Below, in pieces: positions 40,155 through 50,021 of a stretch of DNA of 64,000 nucleotides. The notes under the pieces were generated by a model. It was not told the origin of the DNA. It did not search any database and was given only the letters and a program-made list of their open reading frames with translations. Every line of letters begins with the position of its first letter. Position 1 is the first letter of the stretch. The position numbers and the translations under genes are program-made. The DNA is from Prevotellamassilia sp. (GTDB taxonomy: Bacteria > Bacteroidota > Bacteroidia > Bacteroidales > Bacteroidaceae): positions 3,838 through 67,837 of the forward strand of contig VSQE01000004.1 of NCBI GenBank assembly GCA_009775705.1, written 5' to 3'.

Positions 40155-41324
40155 ATGAACAGATTTATCAAGACCACACTGACCGCAGCTTGCGGCCTGA
40201 TGCTGGCAACAGGCTTTACGGCCTGTTCCGATGACAACGAGGCAACGGCCGGAGGATTTTCCACCAAAGAACAGGTTCTGCAAGCCGCCGCCGTCCCCTA
40301 TGTGGACAATACCGTCCTGCCCACCTACAAGACAATGGCCGATGAGGCCATCCGCCTCTACAACAAATGTCTGGACATTCAGGACAAGTTCAGCCGTCAC
40401 GCCCTGACCGAAGCCGACATCAGGGAAGCCGGCGAATACTGGAAGAGCTCACGCAAAAGCTGGGAACTTTCCGAGGCATTCCTCTTCGGACCGGCAGCCA
40501 ACCACAACATCGACCCGCACATAGACTCCTGGCCTTTAGACAAAGCCTCCATGGACGCCCTGCTGACCGACATCCGCAACGGAAAGGAGTGGAAAATCGA
40601 CAACAATGGCGGCTACGGCCTGCTGGGATTCCACGCCATCGAGTACGTACTTTTTGAACTGACGGCCGACGAGAACCATTCACTCCCTCACAATCCTGCC
40701 CACTATACGGCGGAGGAACTCACCTACCTCGTGACGGTGGCCGAAGACCTGAGAAACCAGTGTGTGCTGTTAGAAACCTGCTGGGCCGGTGACGATGCCA
40801 TCTCCGAAGAGAAACGGAACATCCTTGAAGAAGCCGGACTGGGCTACGGCGAACAATACGGCTGGATGATGAAAAACGCCGGCAAACCCGGTTCCACGTT
40901 CATCACCTTTCAGGCCGTGGCCGAAGAAATCATCCAGGGCTGCATCGACATTGCCGACGAAGTGGGCAACACGAAAATCGGCAAGCCTAATCTTGCCGGT
41001 AACGACGAGGACCGCAACTACATCGAATCGCCCTACTCACTCAACTCCGTTGAGGACTTTCAGGACAACATCCGCTCCATCCGCAATTCTTACTGCGGCA
41101 GCAAAACGGGCGATGCCTCCATCTCCGACTATGTGAAAAGTGTAAACCCTGCCCTCGACACGCAGATACGCGCCGACATTGACAATGCCATTGCCAAGAT
41201 CGGGCTGATACCCGAACCGTTCAGAAAAAATGCCACCGGCAGGGAGGCAGAGACAGCCATCGGAGCCTGCAACGATCTCGTCTCCACACTGTCCAAGGTG
41301 ATGACCGAACTCACCAAACAATAA
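40155..41324 (+). CDS. imelysin family lipoprotein (IrpA/peptidase M75-like)
   Basis: Lipobox LATGFTAC; imelysin-type GFHAIEYVLFE motif. Confidence 0.7.
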   Translation: MNRFIKTTLTAACGLMLATGFTACSDDNEATAGGFSTKEQVLQAAAVPYVDNTVLPTYKTMADEAIRLYNKCLDIQDKFSRHALTEADIREAGEYWKSSRKSWELSEAFLFGPAANHNIDPHIDSWPLDKASMDALLTDIRNGKEWKIDNNGGYGLLGFHAIEYVLFELTADENHSLPHNPAHYTAEELTYLVTVAEDLRNQCVLLETCWAGDDAISEEKRNILEEAGLGYGEQYGWMMKNAGKPGSTFITFQAVAEEIIQGCIDIADEVGNTKIGKPNLAGNDEDRNYIESPYSLNSVEDFQDNIRSIRNSYCGSKTGDASISDYVKSVNPALDTQIRADIDNAIAKIGLIPEPFRKNATGREAETAIGACNDLVSTLSKVMTELTKQ

Positions 41325-41345
41325 ACCTACCCAAACAATTACAAG

Positions 41346-42992
41346 ATGAACAAATTTCCCTTCCTGTTAGGCGCCTTCCTCATCGGTCTGTCCTCTTGTA
41401 GCGATGACGAGATCACCGATACCACCCCGACCGCTCCCGAGAACGAAAAGCCCGACTGGTACTATGCCGGCGGAAAACTGGGAACGGCCTATCTGACCAC
41501 CTCCAACGCCTACGAACAACCGACACCGGCCGTTGAGGAAGCCGGTCTCTACCAGTCGTTCAAAAACGGCGAAGCCCTGTTCGAGAAACCCTTCATGAGC
41601 AATTTCGGCGGAACGCGCCACGGCCTCGGCCCCGCCTACATCCGCACCTCGTGCATGCACTGCCATCCCGGCTACGGACACGGACAGCGCATTCCCTCCG
41701 GCTCCTTCAGCACCAACGAAATCGGCAACGGCTGTCTGCTGGTGGTTTACAACCCCGCCACGAACGCCTACGTCAACTGGCTGGCCGGGATGCCGCAAAG
41801 CCACGCCACGGCTCCCTTCAAGGCTCCGGTAGACGAAAGCAAGATCAAGGTGGAATGGCTGACCGCCACCGACGAATGGAACAACCGATTCCCCGACGGC
41901 GAGACCTACGAGTTGCAATATCCGAAAGTCACGATGCCCAAAGAGGCCGTCTACGTGTACAACCAAGGATTTGACTGACTGGGCGAATACGAAGTCCTGC
42001 TGTAAAGCACCATCGGCATCTACGGCAGCGGACTGATCGATGCCATCGACGACAAGGACATCATCGAGGAATGGGCCAAACAGGAACGTGACGGCTATAT
42101 GCCGAACGGACTGAACCCCGCCATGTTCGAGAACGGACAATGGAAAAATTACTACGCCAATACGCTGCAAGGCGACGGCACGCCCTACGTGCGCCGCTAC
42201 ACGTATGCCCTGAGCCGCGGTCCCGTCATGGACGGAGCCGGAGCCAATGCCATCTGGAACATCACCAACGTGACACGCTCCGACCGCCGCTACCATTATC
42301 TGGATGCCGCCGGCACATACGCGGAATATTCCTCCAAAGATCCTGAGGTACAGGCCGGCTTTGAGGAATACATCGCCAAGGTTGACCCGAAGAAAGAACA
42401 TGCCTCCTGGTGGAACGGCACGATGGAACAGCGCATCAAGAACTATCTCACCGCCAAAGACCTTCCGGTAGAGATGACCGATCAGGAATACATCGACCTC
42501 ATGATCTGGCACCGCGGACTGGCCGTTCCCGCCGTCCGCAATGTAGACGATGCCGCTGTCAGACGCGGCAAAAAGCTGTTCGAGGAAATAGGCTGCGCCT
42601 ACTGCCACCGGCCGTCATGGACCACAGGCGAGGACATCGTGCGCGACCCCAACAATTTCCTTGCAGGCGAGGGAGCCCATCGGATGCCGCGCTATCCGCA
42701 CCAGAAAATCTGGCCCTACACCGACATGGTACAGCACAAGCTGCACATGGCCAATGACATCCGCACGGGATGGTGCCGCACCACACCGTTATGGGGACGC
42801 GGGCTACACCAGAAATGCACCGGTTCCGCCACGGCCGACCGCCTGCACGACTGCCGCGCCCGCAATGTCCTCGAAGCCATCATGTGGCACGGCTATTCGC
42901 CCAAGAGCGACGCCCGTCGCTGTACCGAGAAGTTCCGCGAACTGCCCAAGGCCGACCGCGACGCCATCTGCAAATTCGTAGATGCCATCTGA
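41346..42992 (+). pseudogene. di-haem cytochrome c oxidoreductase-like lipoprotein (DUF1111 family) interrupted by two in-frame stops
   Basis: ORFs 41346-41978 and 42099-42992 are in the same frame. Reading through gives ...NQGFD*LGEYEVLL*STIGIYGSGLIDAI... with TGA at 41976-41978 and TAA at 42003-42005. Haem motifs CMHCH and CAYCH lie on either side. Confidence 0.7.
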
Positions 42993-43157
42993 AACGCACA
43001 CACCCTTTTCTTTCATCGTTTCCGTATAAGGTATACGGAAACGATGAAGGATTTTCTCCGGCCCAGTGAACCCCATACGGAACCGATATGCCGGAGACAG
43101 CCGTATTTCCGGCTGCCGGCTTATCCGCTAACGGTATATTATTCTTACTTTTGCAAC

Positions 43158-45398
43158 ATGAAAACCATAAACATTCTCCGCTATCTTTCCTTCGGATCGG
43201 CCGCCCTGCTGACAGTCGTGCTGGTCGCAGCCTCTGTCACAGAGCATCTCACGGACAGCGATACGGCCCGCCGGCTGCTTTACACCTCTCCCCTCACACT
43301 GGCCCTGTGGTGTGTGTGCACGATCACCTCACTGGTCTACCTGACACGCCGCACCGGCGGCAAGCATCCCGCCACCCTGCTCTTCCATGCGGCTTTTGCC
43401 GTCATCCTCGCCGGAGCTGCCGTCACGCACTTCACCGGAGAAAGAGGCTCCCTGACCCTCTTTCGCGGAGGCAAAACCGTCAATGGTTTTCTGTTAGACA
43501 ACGGACATGTGGCCCGCCTGCCGTTCAGCATCCGTCTCATCGACTGCCACACGGATTACCATCCGGGAACACTGGCTGCTACCGACTATGTCAGCATCGT
43601 TGAAGTGAAACAGGATAACGGGAAAAGCACTCGCGACACCATCTCGATGAACCGCATTCTGGACTGCCGGAATTTCCGTTTCTACCAGACTTCCATGAAC
43701 AGAGAAAGCTCCACGTTCACCATTACCCACGATCCGTGGGGCATCGGCATCACCTATACCGGCTACCTGCTGTTGCTGACAGCAGGCATCCTCTTCTTTT
43801 TCAATCCCCGTAGCGACTTCCGCCGGCTGCTCCGGCACCCGCTGCTCCGCCGCACCTCTTTGATCTTGCTGCTGGCAGCTCTTCCCGCAACAGCCGGGGC
43901 CGAGACTCCGAAAACCCTCCAGCGCGGACTGGCCCGCCACTTCGGAGAACTGTACATCTACCATAACGACCGCGTATGTCCGGTGCAGACGCTGGCCACC
44001 GACTTTTGCATCTGCCTCTGCGGCAAAGACAGCTGGAACGGTCTGACGGCCGAACAGGTACTGACCGGCTGGATATTCTACTACGAAGACTGGCGGGACG
44101 AACCGATGATACGTATCAAAAGCCGCCGCACACGCGAACTGCTGGGCATCCGGTCGGAATACGCAAGCCTCAGCGATTTCTACAGTCCGCAAGGCTACAA
44201 ACTGGAGGCGGCCCTTTCCGGACAACCGGACAAGGACATACTGGAGGCCGACGGAAAATGCCGGCTCGCCGAAACGGTATGTACGGGCGCCGCCATCAGG
44301 ATATTTCCCTTCCGGCCCACAGGAAGCAACCGGCCGCAATGGCTGTCGTGGACAGACGCCATGCCCCGCGAGCTGCCGTTGGAAAACTGGAAATTCATCA
44401 ACGGCAGCATGGAATACGTAGCCCGGCAAATCCTGCACGGAAAGAACACACGCGCAGACGAGGCACTGCAAAAAATCCGGAAATACCAGCAGGAACAGGC
44501 GGGCAGCGGACATTTGCCCCACGAGAGCCGTTTCAGGACGGAAATCCTATACAACCGCATCCGCCACAGCCGCACAGCTGCCATCCTGTCACTCGTTTGC
44601 GGCCTGCTGACTTTTTTTGCCAGCTACCGCAGTGTGTTGCGGAAACAACCGGACCGCCCCTCTTTCGATAGGAAACTGCTGACAGCGGCACAAGGTATGC
44701 TGGGCCTGCTGACCCTTTTCCTGCTTTCCACCCTCGCACTGCGCGGCTACATCAGCGGCCACTGGCCACTCTCCAACGGCTACGAGACCATGCAGTTCAT
44801 GGCTTTCGCTACAGCCTTGCTCACCCTCGTCCTGTGCCGCCGTTTCCCGTTCCTCCTGCCTTTCGGGTTCCTGCTGTGCGGACTTACTTTATTGGTATCG
44901 ACAATGGGACAGAATCCTTCCCAAATATCGCAGCTCATGCCCGTACTGGCCTCACCTCTGCTCAGTCTGCACGTAGTAGTCATCATGCTGGCCTACTCTC
45001 TGCTGGCCTTCACGGCAATCGGGAGTCTCACGGCCCTGTGCATCCACTTCGCAAACCGCCGGGTAGGAACGGTAAAAATATTCCGGCAATTAGACCTGCT
45101 GACCATCATGAACCGTCTGATGCTCTATCCGGCCCTGATGCTTCTTGCCGCCGGCATTTTCATCGGAGCTGTATGGGCCAACCAATCCTGGGGCACTTAC
45201 TGGAGCTGGGACCCTAAGGAGACATGGGCGCTCGTCACACTACTGGTCTACGCCTTTCCCCTTCACGTGCGCTCATTGCCTCTGTTGCGCCGGCCGCTCT
45301 ATTTCCATCTCTACCTATTTCTGGCGTTCGCCACGGTACTGATGACCTACTTCGGCGTCAACTACATTCTGGGAGGCATGCACAGTTACGCAGGCTGA
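43158..45398 (+). CDS. fused cytochrome c biogenesis protein (ResB-like + CcsA, system II CcsBA)
   Basis: Start at ATG 43158 (MKTINILRYLSFGSAALL); C-terminal WWD motif WANQSWGTYWSWDPKETW; many TM segments. Confidence 0.8.
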   Translation: MKTINILRYLSFGSAALLTVVLVAASVTEHLTDSDTARRLLYTSPLTLALWCVCTITSLVYLTRRTGGKHPATLLFHAAFAVILAGAAVTHFTGERGSLTLFRGGKTVNGFLLDNGHVARLPFSIRLIDCHTDYHPGTLAATDYVSIVEVKQDNGKSTRDTISMNRILDCRNFRFYQTSMNRESSTFTITHDPWGIGITYTGYLLLLTAGILFFFNPRSDFRRLLRHPLLRRTSLILLLAALPATAGAETPKTLQRGLARHFGELYIYHNDRVCPVQTLATDFCICLCGKDSWNGLTAEQVLTGWIFYYEDWRDEPMIRIKSRRTRELLGIRSEYASLSDFYSPQGYKLEAALSGQPDKDILEADGKCRLAETVCTGAAIRIFPFRPTGSNRPQWLSWTDAMPRELPLENWKFINGSMEYVARQILHGKNTRADEALQKIRKYQQEQAGSGHLPHESRFRTEILYNRIRHSRTAAILSLVCGLLTFFASYRSVLRKQPDRPSFDRKLLTAAQGMLGLLTLFLLSTLALRGYISGHWPLSNGYETMQFMAFATALLTLVLCRRFPFLLPFGFLLCGLTLLVSTMGQNPSQISQLMPVLASPLLSLHVVVIMLAYSLLAFTAIGSLTALCIHFANRRVGTVKIFRQLDLLTIMNRLMLYPALMLLAAGIFIGAVWANQSWGTYWSWDPKETWALVTLLVYAFPLHVRSLPLLRRPLYFHLYLFLAFATVLMTYFGVNYILGGMHSYAG

Positions 45399-45479
45399 TT
45401 TGTCCACTCTCTCCATCTTTCCCTACAGGGTAAAAACGGGGAGATGGAATCCAAGAAAAAGTAAGCTGCCGAGAAAAAC

Positions 45480-45565
45480 TTTTTACATGCCTTGTAAATT
45501 TTTTCACACGCCTTGTAAAAGTTTTTACGTGCCTTGTAAAATTCTTTACACGTCACATAAAAAAG
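45480..45565. repeat. 3.5 x 21-bp tandem palindromic repeat, second locus
   Basis: Units at 45480-45500, 45501-45521 and 45522-45542, plus a degenerate unit at 45543-45565. Same unit and orientation as 8115-8177. Confidence 0.9.
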
Positions 45566-45751
45566 TTTGTCAACTTTCGCAGCATACAGAAACGCGTACA
45601 AACCGGCTAAAAATAGGTTTTAACGGCAAAAAGAAACCAGTCTATGAATATGCGCTTGAAAGCAGTGATGTTGTTCTGCTCATAGCCGGAAAAAATTTAC
45701 CGGACACCAATAAAAAATCCGCTTTTACTTTGGCATTTTATATGCAAGACG

Positions 45752-45759
45752 TAACTTTG
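45752..45759 (+). promoter_or_regulatory. candidate -7 box for coaX (near-leaderless)
   Basis: TAACTTTG, only 8 nt upstream of the ATG at 45768. Confidence 0.4.
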
Positions 45760-45767
45760 CAGCAATT

Positions 45768-46529
45768 ATGTGCCTATCCGACAGTCATTCCGTCCATCTT
45801 ACCGTTGACATCGGCAACACACGGACCAAGCTGACGGTCTTTGACAATGACCGCATTGTCTGCAAGACCGACACGGACAACGATTTGTCCGGCCCGCTCA
45901 ATGACTTGTACCGGAAATACCGGCCGGAAGCCTGCGCCGTATCGGCTGTAAGACATACGGACGACCGGACTGAGGAGACACTGCAACAACTCTCCTGCCG
46001 CATACTGCGCGTAACGGGAAAGACCCCCTCTCCCCTCCGCATGGGCTACCGGAGTCCCGAGACCTTGGGAGCCGACCGCCTGGCAGCGGTAGTAGGTGCC
46101 ATCACCCTTTGTCCCGGAACGGATCTGCTGGTCATAGATGCCGGAACGTGTATCACCTACGACTTTGTCGACGCATCCGGTTTCTATGCGGGAGGGAACA
46201 TCGCTCCGGGCCTGCACATGCGTCTTGAAGCCCTGCACGAGCAGACGGCCCGCCTGCCCCTGGTAGAGAAAGCGGGCGAAATCCCCGAACTGGGAAAGGA
46301 CACGGAAACAGCCATCCGCTCCGGCGTAATACAAGGAATACGCTTCGAGACGGAGGGCTATATCCGGTTGCTGGCCTCCCGCTACCCGAATCTGCGCGTG
46401 TTCCTCACGGGAGGCGACATCTGCCGTCCGGACACAGAGACCGCATTCCGCCTGCTGACCGAGCCGGACCTGGTAGCCTACGGCCTGAACCGCCTGCTGA
46501 AGACCAACTCCGGCCACACATCGCACTAA
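45768..46529 (+). CDS. coaX: type III pantothenate kinase
   Basis: LTVDIGNTRTKLTVF N-terminal motif; 253 aa. Confidence 0.88.
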   Translation: MCLSDSHSVHLTVDIGNTRTKLTVFDNDRIVCKTDTDNDLSGPLNDLYRKYRPEACAVSAVRHTDDRTEETLQQLSCRILRVTGKTPSPLRMGYRSPETLGADRLAAVVGAITLCPGTDLLVIDAGTCITYDFVDASGFYAGGNIAPGLHMRLEALHEQTARLPLVEKAGEIPELGKDTETAIRSGVIQGIRFETEGYIRLLASRYPNLRVFLTGGDICRPDTETAFRLLTEPDLVAYGLNRLLKTNSGHTSH

Positions 46530-46547
46530 CGCAACATCACACCGAAT

Positions 46548-47858
46548 ATGATACATCTCAAGAAACTCCTGCTGCTCTCGGCCCTGACAGTCTGCTCCGG
46601 ACTTGTCACCGCCCAGACCAACGGCAGCAACTCCCCCTACTCCCGCTATGGATTCGGTCTGCTCAACGACCGTGCCCAAGGCTTTAACAAAGGCATGTCG
46701 GGACTGGCCTACGGTATGCGCAACGGCAAGGAACTGAATGCGAAGAACCCCGCATCCTATTCCTCAATAGACTCCCTGTCGTTTATTTTCGACATCGGGC
46801 TGTCGCTGCAAAACGGCAATCTTGAGCAGAACGGCCGCAAGGTAAACGCACATAACACCTCCGTGGACTACGTCTCCATGGGATTCCGCGTTTCTCCCAG
46901 ACTGGGTATGTCCATCGGACTTCTGCCCTTCAGCACTATCGGTTACAGCATGAACAACTCAAGGAGCATGGACCTGCCGACCGGAGAAGTGATCCAGACC
47001 ATGAACTACAGCGGCGACGGCGGCTTGCACGAAGTCTACGCCGGACTCGGCTGGCAACCGCTCCGTAATTTTTCCATCGGTGCCAATATAGGCTATCTCT
47101 GGGGCAGTGTCTCGAACACGGTACTGGCCTCGTTCAACGATGCAAACATCGCCTCGACCCGCCGCTTTTATGACGCGGATGTCCGCACCTATAAAATAGA
47201 CTTCGGCATACAACACGAATTCAGCCTGAACAAGAACGACAGACTGACGGCCGGCCTCACCTACGGTCTGGGACACGGAATAGGATCGACCGCCTATTTC
47301 TATAACCAGAAGATCACATCCGGCAATGTCAGCGGAGCCGATACGCTCGCCACCTCCAATGCCTACCAACTGCCCCACACCTTCGGAGCGGGCCTCGTAT
47401 GGACACACAAAGGAAATCTGAGAATCGGTGCGGACTATCAATTGCAGAAATGGAGCAACGTCACCATGCCAACCGTCGAGGTTCAGAACGGTGAGTACCA
47501 GTACGTAGCCCGCCAAGGAAACTATACGGATTTGCACAAAATCACGGTCGGCGGAGAATATATCCCCAACCCGAACGGAGTGCGCTGGCGCGACTTCGTA
47601 CGCTACCGCGCCGGCTTCAGCTATTCCACTCCCTATACCAAAGTTGACGGAAAAGACGGACCGCGTGACTACTGCGTAAGCCTGGGTGTGGGACTCCCCG
47701 TCATCAATTTCCACAACAACCGCTCCATCGTGAACATTTCCGCACAATACGAACATGTCAAGCCTAAATTCGCCGGCATGATTACTGAGAACTATCTCCG
47801 CCTGTGCATCGGACTTTCGTTCAACGAACGCTGGTTCATGAAATGGAAAGTAGAATAA
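46548..47858 (+). CDS. outer-membrane beta-barrel protein of unknown function (FadL/OmpP1-like topology)
   Basis: Signal peptide; SPYSRYGFGLL motif; beta-strand periodicity; C-terminal ...FMKWKVE. Confidence 0.5.
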   Translation: MIHLKKLLLLSALTVCSGLVTAQTNGSNSPYSRYGFGLLNDRAQGFNKGMSGLAYGMRNGKELNAKNPASYSSIDSLSFIFDIGLSLQNGNLEQNGRKVNAHNTSVDYVSMGFRVSPRLGMSIGLLPFSTIGYSMNNSRSMDLPTGEVIQTMNYSGDGGLHEVYAGLGWQPLRNFSIGANIGYLWGSVSNTVLASFNDANIASTRRFYDADVRTYKIDFGIQHEFSLNKNDRLTAGLTYGLGHGIGSTAYFYNQKITSGNVSGADTLATSNAYQLPHTFGAGLVWTHKGNLRIGADYQLQKWSNVTMPTVEVQNGEYQYVARQGNYTDLHKITVGGEYIPNPNGVRWRDFVRYRAGFSYSTPYTKVDGKDGPRDYCVSLGVGLPVINFHNNRSIVNISAQYEHVKPKFAGMITENYLRLCIGLSFNERWFMKWKVE

Positions 47859-48508
47859 ACGCCTTCCGGCAGGCAGGAAAAGCCTTTGCACCGTTTTTCC
47901 TGTCTGTCTTGTGTATGACCGTACCCTCGGGATGCGGAACCGACGCTCCCCCGATGGGAAACTCCGTGGAAAACCGGGACTCGCTCCCGGCGATGATCAC
48001 CACGGGTGTATCGAAACTGATATCCGATTCGGGCGTGATCCGCTACAAGATCGTAGCCGAGGAGTGGCAGGTATTTGACAAGACGAACCCTCCGCGTCAG
48101 GTATTTCCCAAAGGTATCTTTCTGGAACGCTTCGATGAGAAATTCCATGTCAACCTTCACATCACGGCCGACACAGCCTACTGTTACAACCAGAACCTGT
48201 GGGAACTGAGAGGACGTGTCTTCATCAAGAACGATGCAAACCGAACTACCTTCCGGACCGAAAAACTGTTCTGGGACATGAACCGGCACGAAATATATTC
48301 CGACACCTACATGCACATCGTCCGCCCCGACAAGGAACTGGAAGGAAACTGGTTCGTCTCGAACGAACAGATGACACGTTACCACGTGCGTCAGACCAAC
48401 GGTTTCATGCCCATGCCTAAAGAGGAAAACGAAAAACCTGCCACCAACGATTCGGCCGCCATCCGCGAGGTCCGTCCGGCACAGGAACGTTCCAAGGACG
48501 GTTTTTAG
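47843..48508 (+). CDS. lptC: LPS export periplasmic/lipoprotein component LptC
   Basis: Start at MESRINAF..., overlapping the upstream gene by 16 nt; OstA-like region [16 protein letters not shown]...[13 protein letters not shown]. Confidence 0.65.
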   Translation: MESRINAFRQAGKAFAPFFLSVLCMTVPSGCGTDAPPMGNSVENRDSLPAMITTGVSKLISDSGVIRYKIVAEEWQVFDKTNPPRQVFPKGIFLERFDEKFHVNLHITADTAYCYNQNLWELRGRVFIKNDANRTTFRTEKLFWDMNRHEIYSDTYMHIVRPDKELEGNWFVSNEQMTRYHVRQTNGFMPMPKEENEKPATNDSAAIREVRPAQERSKDGF

Positions 48509-48551
48509 GTTAAAAAGACTTGTTTCGTTTGGCCCTTCTCCCGCTAAATCG

Positions 48552-48559
48552 TACTTTTG
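48552..48559 (+). promoter_or_regulatory. candidate -7 box for pgi
   Basis: TACTTTTG, 22 nt upstream of the ATG at 48582. Confidence 0.4.
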
Positions 48560-48581
48560 CAAACTGAAAACTAACAGATTA

Positions 48582-49931
48582 ATGATTATGAAGAATATCC
48601 GTCTGGAAATCAGCAAAGCTGAACAATTTCTGGCCGCAGATGCCGTAAAGAACATGGAAGCGGAAGTGAAAGCCGCCAACGAAGCACTCGAAAACGGCAC
48701 CTGTCCGGGCAACGATTTTCTGGGATGGCTGCACCTGCCCTCCTCCATCACGGCCGACCATCTGGCCGATCTGAAAAAAACGGCACAAGTGCTCCGCGAG
48801 AACTGCGACACCATTGTCGTGGCCGGCATAGGCGGAAGCTATCTGGGGGCCCGAGCCGTCATCGAGGCACTCGGCAACAGTTTTGAATGGTTGGTAAACG
48901 ACGGCAAGAATCCCGTGATTCTCTTCGCCGGCAACAATATCGGAGAAGATTATCTTGCCGAACTCTGCTCCTACCTGAAAGGCCGCAAATTCGGTGTCAT
49001 CAACATTTCAAAATCAGGAACGACTACCGAAACGGCATTGGCCTTCCGTCTGCTGAAAAAGCAGTGCGAGGAACAGCGCGGCAAAGAAACGGCCCGCAAG
49101 GTAATCGTAGCCGTAACGGATGCCCGCCGCGGTGCGGCCCGCGTCACGGCCGACAAAGAAGGCTACAAGAGCTTTATCATCCCCGACAACGTGGGCGGAC
49201 GTTTCTCCGTACTCACACCGGTAGGCCTGCTCCCCATTGCCTGCGCAGGTTATGACATCGAACAGCTGGTCAAGGGAGCCGCCGACATGGAGAAAGCTAC
49301 AGGAACCGACATCCCCACAACAGAAAATCCGGCAGCCGTCTATGCCGCCGTACGAAACGCCCTTTATGCCACAGGAAAGAAAATCGAGATTCTGGTAAAC
49401 TTCCAGCCCAAGCTGCACTCCATGAACGAATGGTGGAAACAGCTTTACGGCGAAAGCGAGGGCAAAGACGGCAAAGGCATCTTCCCCGCCGCAGTGGATT
49501 TCACAACAGACCTGCACTCTATGGGACAATGGATTCAGGACGGCGAGCGCACCATCTTCGAGACAGTCATCTCGGTAGAGAAGTCGCAGCACACGGTTCT
49601 CTTCCCTCATGACGAGGAAAATCTGGACGGTCTGAACTTCCTCGAAGGCCGCCGCGTGGACGAGGTGAACAAGATGGCGGAATTGGGAACACAGCTGGCC
49701 CATGTGGACGGCGGAGTGCCCAACCTGCGCATTGCGGTCCCCGAACTGAACGAGTACTACATCGGACAGCTCATCTACTTTTTTGAACGCGCCTGCGGAA
49801 TCTCCGGCAATCTGCTGGGAGTAAATCCCTTTAACCAGCCGGGCGTAGAAGCCTACAAGAAAAACATGTTTGCCCTGTTAGGCAAACCCGGTTATGAGGC
49901 CGAAAGCGAAGCCATCAAAGCAAAATTATAA
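48582..49931 (+). CDS. pgi: glucose-6-phosphate isomerase
   Basis: 449 aa; [15 protein letters not shown] and SKSGTTTET motifs. Confidence 0.93.
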   Translation: MIMKNIRLEISKAEQFLAADAVKNMEAEVKAANEALENGTCPGNDFLGWLHLPSSITADHLADLKKTAQVLRENCDTIVVAGIGGSYLGARAVIEALGNSFEWLVNDGKNPVILFAGNNIGEDYLAELCSYLKGRKFGVINISKSGTTTETALAFRLLKKQCEEQRGKETARKVIVAVTDARRGAARVTADKEGYKSFIIPDNVGGRFSVLTPVGLLPIACAGYDIEQLVKGAADMEKATGTDIPTTENPAAVYAAVRNALYATGKKIEILVNFQPKLHSMNEWWKQLYGESEGKDGKGIFPAAVDFTTDLHSMGQWIQDGERTIFETVISVEKSQHTVLFPHDEENLDGLNFLEGRRVDEVNKMAELGTQLAHVDGGVPNLRIAVPELNEYYIGQLIYFFERACGISGNLLGVNPFNQPGVEAYKKNMFALLGKPGYEAESEAIKAKL

Positions 49932-49944
49932 AAAACCGACAAAC

Positions 49945-50007
49945 AAGGACGGACGGCTCTTCCCCCCCTCACACAGGAAACGGGAAAACCGCCCGTCCTT
50001 TCTTTTT
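49945..50007 (+). terminator. possible terminator after pgi (large loop)
   Basis: AAGGACGGACGG ... CCGCCCGTCCTT followed by TCTTTTT; the 32-nt loop contains a C7 run. Confidence 0.35.
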
Positions 50008-50021
50008 CACGGAAACGACAA

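Noticed and set aside
41976-41978. TGA in the DUF1111 gene as selenocysteine or programmed read-through
   Set aside because: A TAA follows nine codons later in the same frame. No SECIS-like hairpin is evident immediately downstream, and the family is not a known selenoprotein.
41367-42608. 413-aa minus-strand ORF, plus similar long shadow ORFs (4661-6370 +, 8886-10034 +, 43494-44522 -, 37658-38632 +, 61508-62425 +, 62707-63741 +, 27063-27881 -, 50809-51465 -)
   Set aside because: Each lies entirely antisense to a gene with clear family motifs. Their translations are Arg/Gly/His/Val-rich low-complexity sequence without any motif, which is typical of shadow ORFs in GC-rich coding DNA.
48523-48538. 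Second sigma-54-like element TGGCCCTTCTCCCGCT upstream of pgi
   Set aside because: It is a poorer match (CC instead of AC/TT flanks). A well-placed sigma-A TACTTTTG box lies 22 nt from the ATG, so this is probably chance.
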